A stretch of DNA of 64,000 nt from the NCBI GenBank assembly GCA_965140585.1, contig OZ223269.1, positions 384,001 to 448,000 of the forward strand, given 5' to 3'. The translations under genes and the position numbers were made by a program. The notes beneath the pieces are model-generated. The model saw only the letters and a list, made by a program, of their open reading frames with translations, had not been told where the DNA came from and did no database searches. Each line of letters begins with the position of its first letter. Within the stretch, counting starts at the first letter, position 1. Shown here piece after piece: positions 1 through 8,928 of this stretch. Source of the DNA: Spirochaetia bacterium (lineage in GTDB: Bacteria; Spirochaetota; Spirochaetia; UBA9216).

Positions 1-1320
1 TACCTTTCCAATGTCATGTAATGGAGCAAATACCTTAATATCTCTGCAGTATTTTTGGGACATTTTTAATTTCTGGGCAATTAGATAACAGAATTCACCA
101 ATCCTATTCATATGCTTCCCAGTCTCGTTATCTCTTTGTTCAGCTAAAGCAGCAATCGCTTTGTATGTGTCTAATCTTCTAAGATCCTCTTCTTTTCTAT
201 GCTCTGAAATATTCACATTACTTGCAATATATGCCATTTTTTCCCCGCTATCATCCCTAACTGTAGAAATATAAAGATTCACCAGAAGTAATTTTCCATC
301 TTTGGTTTTATTGAGAACTTCACCCTCCCAATATCCAATGTCAGAGTTAGTGATTGCATCCCATAAACCTTTGAAAATCAAGTTATAATCGTTATCTGAA
401 TAGCCAAGTTCATCTGAGTATGTTTTTTTTCCTGAATTATAAACAGTAGGATATTTTCCAATCAATTCACTTGCTTTGTAATTATATAATCTTTCGGTGG
501 CATTATTAACAAAATCAATTTTTCCATCAAGATTACAGATCACCATTGGGATTGTTGATTGATTTACAATTTGAAAATATTTGTCAAAATTTCGATTTAA
601 TTTGTGAATGGAATCGATATTTTGAAGTATTCCGGTAGCCCCACATACTCTTTCATCGCTAATTTGATATTCTAATACGTTCAGCATCACCCAAACTCTC
701 TTTCCAGTTACTCCGTGGATGATTCTATAAATAATTTTGGAAAGCCTTTTTGATGGTGTGATTGGATGACTAAATTCATTAAGGAAGTTATCTCTATCTT
801 CTGGAACTATAATGTTTAAATAGTTTTCAATTGTTAACTCAAAGTCACTCTTTGATAAGCCATGTAATTTATATGTGATATCTGACCATTCAATAATTTT
901 ATTCTTAATGGTGTATTTCCAGCTACCAACTTCAGAAATCGATTGAATGTTTTCCGTGTTAAACGCTTCCTGTCCTTTTAGTATTTCTTTAAAACAGGAG
1001 ATGTAATCATTATTCTGAGCTGGTATAATAGACCAATTTACTTTACGTTCAATTCCGTCATTTGATTTAATTTCAACTTGAGAATGTCCAATAAAACCTG
1101 TCTTTTCTATATTTGAGATTTTTTCAACCACTCCGGCTCGTTCCTGGGCAGGAAAAATATTTGAAATACTTTTACCCATATAATCCACAATTCTATAATT
1201 TAAGAACTCTTTTCCCTTGTTGTTAATATCAATTATGTCCCCATTTGAAGATATTAACATGCAAATATGAGGATTATTCATGAAGAAATTTAGATAAGTA
1301 GAGGAATATGGTTTATTCAT
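1..1320 (-). CDS. Multi-PAS HD-GYP domain protein (probable cyclic di-GMP phosphodiesterase), 3' end runs off the window
   Basis: Not in the ORF track. Manual translation from ATG at 1320 gives PAS/PAC motifs (FVNNATERLYNY..ELIGK, WEGEVLNKTKDG), then AALAEQRDNETGKHMNRIG...FAPLHDIGKV, the HD-GYP N-terminal signature. Confidence 0.88.
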   Translation of the reverse strand, partial: MNKPYSSTYLNFFMNNPHICMLISSNGDIIDINNKGKEFLNYRIVDYMGKSISNIFPAQERAGVVEKISNIEKTGFIGHSQVEIKSNDGIERKVNWSIIPAQNNDYISCFKEILKGQEAFNTENIQSISEVGSWKYTIKNKIIEWSDITYKLHGLSKSDFELTIENYLNIIVPEDRDNFLNEFSHPITPSKRLSKIIYRIIHGVTGKRVWVMLNVLEYQISDERVCGATGILQNIDSIHKLNRNFDKYFQIVNQSTIPMVICNLDGKIDFVNNATERLYNYKASELIGKYPTVYNSGKKTYSDELGYSDNDYNLIFKGLWDAITNSDIGYWEGEVLNKTKDGKLLLVNLYISTVRDDSGEKMAYIASNVNISEHRKEEDLRRLDTYKAIAALAEQRDNETGKHMNRIGEFCYLIAQKLKMSQKYCRDIKVFAPLHDIGKV

Positions 1321-1491
1321 ACTAAGTAGACCTTGTTGGTTGTAAAGTGATAAATAAACAATACATTAAAAAAATATAAAGATCAAATAGAAATTTTCCT
1401 GATTTTACATTCAAAAATTTGAATACCACAACAATAATTACAATAATTGTAATAGTACAATATATAAGATTTAATACATTTGGAGGCAAAA

Positions 1492-1887
1492 ATGAAATTT
1501 ATGGAATGGAGTCCAAAATTTGAGCTTGGTATACCTGATATAGATAAACAACATCAACGTTGGTTAGAAATTTTAAATAACTTCTATGAAAAGATGGATA
1601 ATAATGAAATGACAGAAAATTTAAAGATTCTGATCGGGGAAGTTCTAGAATATACCAATTATCATTTTAAAGAAGAAGAAACATTTATGGATTCAATACA
1701 TTATCCTGAAATTGAGTCTCATAAAAAGAGGCATATTGATGTTATCAATACCATTCAGGAATACCAAAAGAAAGCGGAGACTGGGAAAATCATCATCTCT
1801 ATGACTCTTACTTCAGAGTTGAAGAATTGGTTTAAAGAGCATATTCTCATTGAAGATAAGAAATACTCAGACTTTTATCTGAAATAA
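1492..1887 (+). CDS. Bacteriohemerythrin (single domain)
   Basis: W..ELGIPDIDKQH, HFKEEE, HKKRH and HILIED give a complete di-iron ligand set. GGAGG RBS precedes ATG 1492. Confidence 0.92.
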   Translation: MKFMEWSPKFELGIPDIDKQHQRWLEILNNFYEKMDNNEMTENLKILIGEVLEYTNYHFKEEETFMDSIHYPEIESHKKRHIDVINTIQEYQKKAETGKIIISMTLTSELKNWFKEHILIEDKKYSDFYLK

Positions 1888-2153
1888 GCATTACTTCTAT
1901 CCTTTCAATTGATATTTAAAAAAGTGTACAATGCCCGTTATATTTGCTTTTTACTTTTAGTTACGTTCTAAAAAATAAAAATTTTATTTAAATATTACAT
2001 TTTGTCAATCTGAAGGTAAATGAATTATTTTTAAATCTAAGTTGATATTCGAATTTGATTATCTTATGATTTGGTTTGTAGGATTACATTGTAGGAACAG
2101 TAAAATAAAATGTGATTTCCTATTGAAATGATTTTTGTATAGAGGTATAGGTT

Positions 2154-2550
2154 TTGCAAAATCATAATTCAAATAAATCAGAATTGGGTGAAAAAACTAT
2201 TCTGTTGGTTGAAGATGAGGTTATAATAGCTTTAGCTGAAACATATAGGTTGGAAAAGTTAGGATATATCGTTATAACTGTTTATAAATGGAAATGATGC
2301 TATCAAAGAGGTGCTTAATAATGATATTGATTTGATTTTAATGGATATAGATCTTGGAGCAAATAAAATTGATGGTATTGAGGCTGTTCGGAAGATAAGA
2401 GAAGAAAAGGAGATACCTGTTATTTTCCTCACAAGTCATTCAAAATCTGATTATAAACATAGGATTGAAGATGTTTCAGAACATGAATATATTTCGAAGA
2501 ATAGTGGAGATATCGTGCTTTTTGATGCTATGAAAAGATTTTTATATTAA
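2154..2550 (+). pseudogene. Stand-alone response regulator receiver with a frameshift near 2285
   Basis: TTG 2154 follows an AGAGGT RBS. It reads KTILLVEDEVIIALAE...GYIVITV, then continues in another frame as NGNDAIKEVLNNDIDLILMDIDL...IFLTS. There is one extra A in tataaatgg. Confidence 0.75.
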
Positions 2551-2558
2551 AAATTGAT

Positions 2559-4265
2559 TCAGATATTAAATTTCATTAAACAAACAGCCCCTGATGAATT
2601 AAAGGCAAGAAAAGTCCCATTTAGTTGTTTGACCAGGGACATCACTATTTTATACCCAATTTTTGAATCTTTAGTAGCGTTGAAATTGGGTGGAAATCCA
2701 GCTCCATTATCAGAGAATGTTAATTCAATCATTGAATCCTTGTCATTTTGTATATTCAACTTAATAAATCTATTCTCTTGATCATTAAAAGCATATTTTA
2801 GTGAATTAGTAAGCAACTCATGAATAATTAGACAAAGTGCTATTACATCTTTGTTTTCAAGGAATAGATTATTGGCTTGAAAGTTAATTTGAAAATCAAT
2901 CTCTTTTGGAACATGTATTATAAATATTCTATTTATCAAATACTTTAAAGTTGAATGCATTTCACTTTTGTGTGTAGGATACTCGCGCGTATATTCCTCT
3001 TGTACAATGGAGAGCGTCCTTAACCTTTCAATAATATTTTTAAGCTGCAGTTTAATGTCTATATTTTTAGTGTCCAGAATTTGCATTTCAATTATGCTCG
3101 AAAGGATAGTCAAATTGTTTTTAATACGATTGTTCATTTCATTGTAGAGATAAGACTTTTCCAAAAACATGGTTTGGAGTTGGGTAGTTTGCTCTTTCAT
3201 TTTTACATTAATTGAATAATATCGTTTAAACTGAATAAAAATTATAATGGTTGTGGTTATGAAAAAAAGTGCAATGAAAGTTATACTTTCCTTATAATGT
3301 AAGATGAAAAAAGGGATTGGCTTATTTAAAATAATTGCATCTGGTGGTATGCTTTTATATTTAATTTTGAACCGCTTTATAGCTTTCCAGTTGATATATG
3401 TTTGATTAGTTTTATAAGTATTTTGAAATTTGTGATGTTCAATAAAATTTAAAGCCTGTAAAACACCTTCTTTTGATATAACTTCAGCATCTATCATACT
3501 GCCACCAACGCACCCAGTATTTGCTAAACTACCCCAGAAAGTATAGATCGGGGCGTTGCTTATTTCTGACAATTTCTCTAATACATCAGCCGGTACAAAT
3601 TTTTTACCCGTTTTATCTCTTGAGACTAATGTATAGATTATAATTGTGTTTGGTGTACATTTCTTCACACGATCTTCCAGTTCGGTTAAAGAAAAATTAT
3701 TGTATACTTCAATCTCGACCCCATTCTCTTCCAATTGAAGTTTTATTATCTCTATGGTTACCTTAGTTGCGGGATTTTCTCCGTCAATTATCAATACTTT
3801 TTTACTTAAAGGATTCTGTTCTGTAGCCAATTTAGTTGTTTCAACAATGGCTGCTTCAATTTGAGGTGAAATATTTAACTGATAATTCGTTGAATTATAC
3901 GATCTCGGTGAATATATAATTTGCGGAATCGAGTTGCAAAGATCTGGAACGGAGTAAAAAATTTTTGCTGCTGGATCGGAATCTGCAATAACAGCTTGAA
4001 AAATAATGTCAGAGTACTTTTTTTTAATATAATCAGCAAATTCAACTTCAGATAATGAATTGCCAACACGTGAATAATCAATATATTCTGTAAAATATAT
4101 TATGTCTGGATGGGCTTCTTGAGCCTGGAGAAGTCCCTTTTGAAAACTTTTTGTCCATGGGAAATCTAAAGCATATGTATGAACAACTAATATGTTAATC
4201 GAGTTCGCAAAAATCGAAATATTGATAAGGAAAAATAAAATTACAGAATAAACTTTTTTATTCAC
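2559..4265 (-). CDS. Membrane sensor kinase: periplasmic ABC-binding-like domain + HisKA_2 + HATPase; H-box His absent
   Basis: Signal peptide, TM helix, EMNNRIKNNL (degenerate HisKA_2 H-box), ELLTNSLKYAF, DNGAGFP. Confidence 0.8.
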   Translation of the reverse strand: MNKKVYSVILFFLINISIFANSINILVVHTYALDFPWTKSFQKGLLQAQEAHPDIIYFTEYIDYSRVGNSLSEVEFADYIKKKYSDIIFQAVIADSDPAAKIFYSVPDLCNSIPQIIYSPRSYNSTNYQLNISPQIEAAIVETTKLATEQNPLSKKVLIIDGENPATKVTIEIIKLQLEENGVEIEVYNNFSLTELEDRVKKCTPNTIIIYTLVSRDKTGKKFVPADVLEKLSEISNAPIYTFWGSLANTGCVGGSMIDAEVISKEGVLQALNFIEHHKFQNTYKTNQTYINWKAIKRFKIKYKSIPPDAIILNKPIPFFILHYKESITFIALFFITTTIIIFIQFKRYYSINVKMKEQTTQLQTMFLEKSYLYNEMNNRIKNNLTILSSIIEMQILDTKNIDIKLQLKNIIERLRTLSIVQEEYTREYPTHKSEMHSTLKYLINRIFIIHVPKEIDFQINFQANNLFLENKDVIALCLIIHELLTNSLKYAFNDQENRFIKLNIQNDKDSMIELTFSDNGAGFPPNFNATKDSKIGYKIVMSLVKQLNGTFLAFNSSGAVCLMKFNI

Positions 4266-4455
4266 GATTTAAATAATAGTTTATCGACTATAAGAAAATC
4301 AAATTGATTTATACCTTTTAAGATAATAATCATGATTTTTTCCAATTTAAAAAACATACTGCAACAATTAACAATTAAAGATTTGCATTTTCCATTAGTT
4401 ATTCATTAGAATTATTTCATAATAGTAGATGTTAATGATTGGATAGGAGGAAAAA

Positions 4456-4854
4456 ATGAAATTTATGGAATGGAGTTCAAAATTTGAGCTTGGTATACCA
4501 GAAATGGATACACAACATCAACGTTGGTTAGAAATTTTGAATAACTTCTATGAAAAGATGGATAATGACCAAATGTCGGATAATGTTAAAATATTAATCG
4601 ATGAAGTATTAGAGTATACGAACTACCATTTCAAAGAAGAAGAGAGCTTCTTAGCATCTATTCATTACCCTGAACTTGATGTTCAAAAACAGATGCATTC
4701 AGATATCATAGACTTGATAAAAGGATATAGAAACAAAGCAGAGCAAGGAAAGTTGATTATTTCAATGACATTGACCACAGAACTTAAGCGATGGTTTAAA
4801 GAACATATTCTTATCGAAGACATGAAATATTCAGAATTTTTTCTAAAAAAATAG
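4456..4854 (+). CDS. Bacteriohemerythrin paralog
   Basis: Close paralog of 1492..1887. It has DTQH, HFKEEE and HILIED, but the HxxxH motif reads QKQMH. Confidence 0.9.
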   Translation: MKFMEWSSKFELGIPEMDTQHQRWLEILNNFYEKMDNDQMSDNVKILIDEVLEYTNYHFKEEESFLASIHYPELDVQKQMHSDIIDLIKGYRNKAEQGKLIISMTLTTELKRWFKEHILIEDMKYSEFFLKK

Positions 4855-4857
4855 GTA

Positions 4858-4995
4858 CACCCCTTATATGTTCAAATGACATCGCATAAAACTAAAAGAG
4901 CGGGTATATGTACTATGTAGATTTAGATCTTCGTGATTTTTAAGCCTATCCCCATGAGGGAAGAAGAGGATGGGACTGGCGGTCAACCAGTCCCA
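4858..4995 (-). other. Putative phage cos-like/packaging region downstream of the HNH gene, with a 9-bp perfect hairpin
   Basis: Minus strand reads TGGGACTGG-ttgaccg-CCAGTCCCA, then GGGGATAGGCTTAAAAATC...ACCCGCTCTTTT...AAGGGG. This resembles sequences between HNH and terS in cos phages. Confidence 0.35.
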
Positions 4996-5048
4996 ATGGC
5001 AAGTTAATAAAGAAGGATACTTTTTTAAATGAACTTTAAATATGTGAA

Positions 5049-5444
5049 TCAATCCAATTTCATGGACTTCTGAAACTGTTCTTTAACCGTCTTCTTACTG
5101 TGACAGCTCTTGCATAATGCCTGAAGGTTGAGGTAATCAAAGAACAGCTTAAGATCTCCATGATGGGGAGTGATGTGATCAACTTCAGTCGACAATCTCT
5201 TCTCGCAATCCTGGCAGATTGGATTATCATTAAGCTTCTGCTTGCTCATCCGTTTCCACTGAACGGAGTTGTAAAGCTTGATATACGGCCGGTTCTCAAG
5301 TTTTCTCTGGTAGGCTTCCGGACCTTTCTGAGATTCTTTCTGTTTCTCAAGCTTATCCAGATACATATTGTAGTGAAGCGAACAATATCCAGTATCTTTA
5401 TCAGCGATTCTGCCGCAAACTGGTCTAAGACACAGCTTTTTCAT
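5049..5444 (-). CDS. Phage-type HNH endonuclease (HK97 gp74-like, terminase-associated class)
   Basis: N-terminal C..C...YC..H; CQDC; EVDHITPHHGD..LFFD..NLQALCKSCHSKKT. Confidence 0.88.
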   Translation of the reverse strand: MKKLCLRPVCGRIADKDTGYCSLHYNMYLDKLEKQKESQKGPEAYQRKLENRPYIKLYNSVQWKRMSKQKLNDNPICQDCEKRLSTEVDHITPHHGDLKLFFDYLNLQALCKSCHSKKTVKEQFQKSMKLD

Positions 5445-6039
5445 ACATTTTCTCCCTGGTGGCTTTCACTGCTTCAATGAAGATTGTTCGTTCTTTTACC
5501 TTCAATTTGTACAATCTTTTGTGATAATCCTTACCATCGGCTTGCAGTTCGTAGATAAAAGCTTTTATGTTCGTTTCTGCAGCTGTTTTGTCATTGATTG
5601 AGGATAATTCAAGATTTGATTGTATTTGATGCTCAAGTTCGGTTATCACACTCTGACATAGAAAGGTATTATTGATTATGTCGAATTGTTCATCATCATA
5701 GGCGAAGAAATCAAGTATTTCACTGTCATAGACCATCTTATCTTTCTTCTGGGCTTTCCTGTTGAATAGAAAGTTCCAGGTCATTTTGTAGGTGTAAGTA
5801 TATGGATTCTCAATATAGAAGTCCGGTCGACCGAGGTAGTATTCATACAGCAGGAATTCTACTTCTTCCCAAATTTCACCATACTTGGAATAACTCAATG
5901 AAAAGTTGGTTTTATTTGTGATGATAGAGATTATTTTAGCATAAAGGGGTTTAAAGCAGTTAATGAGGGTTATGAGGTTGGAATCGGAAGGATTAGAAAT
6001 GTAATTGTTTTGATGCTGTAAAATCTCTCTTGTTGTCAC
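5425..6039 (-). CDS. Hypothetical protein with a sigma-70 region-2-like segment (possible phage late activator)
   Basis: LINCFKPLYAKII...EIWEEVEFLLYE...NPYTYTYKMTWNFLFNRKAQKK resembles ECF sigma region 2. The gene overlaps and lies upstream of the HNH gene. Confidence 0.45.
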   Translation of the reverse strand: MTTREILQHQNNYISNPSDSNLITLINCFKPLYAKIISIITNKTNFSLSYSKYGEIWEEVEFLLYEYYLGRPDFYIENPYTYTYKMTWNFLFNRKAQKKDKMVYDSEILDFFAYDDEQFDIINNTFLCQSVITELEHQIQSNLELSSINDKTAAETNIKAFIYELQADGKDYHKRLYKLKVKERTIFIEAVKATREKMYEKAVS

Positions 6040-6111
6040 TTAAAGCCTTATCAATCGTTCTGTCCATATAATAAAGCCTGTTGTAGTGACATTTCCTTAT
6101 AGAGATTGACA
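6013..6111. repeat. ~99-bp direct repeat, copy 1
   Basis: Aligns ungapped to 8376..8474 with 11 mismatches by manual count. It covers the upstream region and first codons of 5425..6039. Confidence 0.92.
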
Positions 6112-6288
6112 ATATTCTTTCTAAATCAAGATTTTTAGTTCAGAAAGATTAGGTACACAATCCTTTAGACTTCATGCACATAAAAAGTATACATAGTAAC
6201 AACCTGTAAAAGTACTTTTAACTTATCTTTTTGCCTAATTCGATAAATAGTTTGACAATTATCCAACTCTCACTTAAAATTTCTTAAT

Positions 6289-8301
6289 GTGTCAAATATA
6301 AAGAAAACTCAAGACTTTTATAATGAAGTTCTATATTGTATAGTCTTGTGTTCTGTTGTATATACTAATGAAAAAATAACTGATTTAGAAATAGTTGAAG
6401 CAAATTCAAAATTTGCAACATTAACAGGAATAATTCCGTCTATTGGTTTAAGAGCCAGTAACGTAATACCAACCCTATTTTTACATGAATCTGAATTAAT
6501 AAAGAAAATAGATCGTGTAATAAAATCCGGAAAGTCTGAAAAGTTTGAACAGTATATTGAATCATCTGATTTATGGGTTAGAATCAATCTTTTTAAGAAT
6601 AATGACCATTCTTTCTATGCTGCTCTTGAGAATATATCTGAATTAAAACAAATCGAGAATGATAATTATTTATTGGAGAGTAACCTCCGAAAGGCTCAAA
6701 TTTTCGCTAATATGGGGAGCTGGCAGTGGGATATTAAGCATGACAAAGTAAAGTGGTCAGAGGGGATGTTTGAAATCTTTGGTGTCGAAAAAGAGAACTG
6801 GGTAAGTGATATTCCAAGCATTATCAATAAATATATCTATAAAGATGACCGTGAAAAAGTAGTAAAAATCCTTTCAAATATAAAGAAGACGAAGAACACA
6901 GAAATTGTTGAATACCGAATCATACGACAATCTGATAAGGTTATTCGAACAGTCTTAACAGAAGGAAAGGAATTGATTCTTGATTCTGATAATCAACCTA
7001 AAATGCTCTCAGGTTATGTAATTGATATTACGGAGAAAAAAAATGCTGAATTTGAGAAAAATACTACAATACAATTTTTACAAATAATTAATAAATCAAC
7101 AGGCATAGAAGTTTTACTTAAGGATATTACACAGTTTATTCATTTGACTACTGGTTGTGAGGCTGTAGGCATCCGGTTAAAAAAAGGTGAGGATTATCCA
7201 TATTACGAAACTAGAGGTTTTGATAATGATTTTATAAAAGCTGAAAATACATTATGCAGATTAGATGAAAATGGAGATCTTATAAGAGATAAGGATTATA
7301 ACCCAGTTCTCGAATGTATGTGTGGAAATATACTTTGTCGAAGATTTGATTCAAAAAAAGATTTTTTTAGTGATTTTGGAAGTTTTTATTCTAATTCCAC
7401 TACAAAATTGTTGGCTACAACTACGGATGCAGATCGCCAGGCAAGAACAAGAAATAGATGTAATGGGGAGGGGTATGAGTCCGTTGCGCTCATCCCACTA
7501 CTTTCGGACAAGAAGGTACTTGGATTATTACAAATTAATGATCGTCATGAAAATATGTTCAATCCTGAACTCATACAAATGTGGGAACGATTGGCAGGGT
7601 ATCTATCTATTGCCATCAGAAAACTTCAAGTTGAAGAACAGTTATCACAGAAATTGAAAGATAGAGAGGTTTTATTATCCGAGATTCATCATAGGGTAAA
7701 GAATAATTTACAAATAATCATTTCACTTTTAGCTCTGCAGAAAGAAAACTCAAGTAATGACGAATTGCATGATCTTTTAAATATTAGTTGTTCAAGAATA
7801 TTTTCAATGTCTTTAGTGCATGACTGTCTTTATAATTCAAAAGATTTTGAACATATTTCGCTTACACAATATATCAATTCATTAGTCTCATATATTGATG
7901 GAGAAACTTTAGATCTGAATCAGAAAATTGACTATCATATCGACACTTGCGACGAACACTTATCGATTGAAATTATGGTTCCACTTGGTTTGATTATCAA
8001 TGAATTGATAGCAAATTCCATACAACATGCGTTTATTCAGATTAAAAAACCAGAAATAGTAATACAGATAAAAAGAATTTCAGATGATGGGTTAAAGTTT
8101 ATCTATCGCGATAATGGTTGTGGGATACCTAATAATGATAGATTGGAATTGAAAAAATCAATAGGATTGTCTCTTATACGGAATCTTACTGAGCAAATTG
8201 GTATTATAGAATCTTCAACTATGAGCATAGGCTATGAATATTCATTTAAAATTGCTGTTAATCAAATGTCACGTTCAAACTATAGAAGTGATAAATATTA
8301 G
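6289..8301 (+). CDS. Cytoplasmic PAS-PAS-GAF HisKA_2 histidine kinase
   Basis: AQIFANMGSWQWD PAS_3; Cys-rich GAF ending GYESVALIPL; EIHHRVKNNLQII; ELIANSIQHAF; DNGCG. Confidence 0.9.
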   Translation: MSNIKKTQDFYNEVLYCIVLCSVVYTNEKITDLEIVEANSKFATLTGIIPSIGLRASNVIPTLFLHESELIKKIDRVIKSGKSEKFEQYIESSDLWVRINLFKNNDHSFYAALENISELKQIENDNYLLESNLRKAQIFANMGSWQWDIKHDKVKWSEGMFEIFGVEKENWVSDIPSIINKYIYKDDREKVVKILSNIKKTKNTEIVEYRIIRQSDKVIRTVLTEGKELILDSDNQPKMLSGYVIDITEKKNAEFEKNTTIQFLQIINKSTGIEVLLKDITQFIHLTTGCEAVGIRLKKGEDYPYYETRGFDNDFIKAENTLCRLDENGDLIRDKDYNPVLECMCGNILCRRFDSKKDFFSDFGSFYSNSTTKLLATTTDADRQARTRNRCNGEGYESVALIPLLSDKKVLGLLQINDRHENMFNPELIQMWERLAGYLSIAIRKLQVEEQLSQKLKDREVLLSEIHHRVKNNLQIIISLLALQKENSSNDELHDLLNISCSRIFSMSLVHDCLYNSKDFEHISLTQYINSLVSYIDGETLDLNQKIDYHIDTCDEHLSIEIMVPLGLIINELIANSIQHAFIQIKKPEIVIQIKRISDDGLKFIYRDNGCGIPNNDRLELKKSIGLSLIRNLTEQIGIIESSTMSIGYEYSFKIAVNQMSRSNYRSDKY

Positions 8302-8375
8302 ATTTACAGTTAAAGAATATTCTAATGAATCAATTTATTTTCTTGAAATTTTGCATAAAAAAAGCAATTATTTTT

Positions 8376-8474
8376 ATGCTGTAAAATCTCCCTTATAGTT
8401 ACTTAAAGCCTTATCAATCGTTCTGAACATATAATAAAGACTATTGCAGTGACATTTCCTTATAGAGTTTGGCA
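8376..8474. repeat. ~99-bp direct repeat, copy 2
   Basis: Second copy of 6013..6111. The GTG start is changed to GTA and the homologous frame closes quickly. Confidence 0.92.
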
Positions 8475-8541
8475 CTTATTAACTATTTTAGTTTATTAGA
8501 AAATAGATTGATTAGATGATAGTTTTAATATAAATAGATAA

Positions 8542-8910
8542 CTATTTAACTAATAAACCTTCTATTGTTTTCAACAAATTAGAAAAGATTACGGGTTTAC
8601 TGAAATTTGCATATGATTGAACAGAGACAGCCCTTTCGATAAATTTTTCATTCATAAAGCCGGTAATGAAAATGACAGGAATTGTTTCATCGTTCATGTG
8701 TATTAGCCGGGTTGTTTCAATACCATCAATTGCCCCGGCTAGATTTACATCCATGAGAACAAGTGATGGTTTATAATCTTTGATAAATTCTACAACTTCT
8801 TCTCCTTTTGCAAAAACCTTAATGACATTATACCCAGCTCGAAGTAATCGTAACCTTAAATCGAAGGCGATTAAACCTTCATCTTCAACTATGATAATTG
8901 CTTCATTCAT
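8542..8910 (-). CDS. Stand-alone response regulator receiver
   Basis: IIIVEDEGLIA, LVLMDVNL, IFITG, KP. Confidence 0.92.
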   Translation of the reverse strand: MNEAIIIVEDEGLIAFDLRLRLLRAGYNVIKVFAKGEEVVEFIKDYKPSLVLMDVNLAGAIDGIETTRLIHMNDETIPVIFITGFMNEKFIERAVSVQSYANFSKPVIFSNLLKTIEGLLVK

Positions 8911-8928
8911 TTTTACGTCCCATTAAAA

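Noticed and set aside
4864-5052. 62-aa ORF downstream of the HNH gene (possible terminase small subunit)
   Set aside because: It has no TerS-like features and overlies the hairpin and cos-like sequence; probably spurious.
6013-8474. Direct repeat considered as CRISPR, IS ends or integron attC
   Set aside because: Only two long copies exist. I could see no spacers, cas genes, transposase, terminal inverted repeats or attC-type palindrome.
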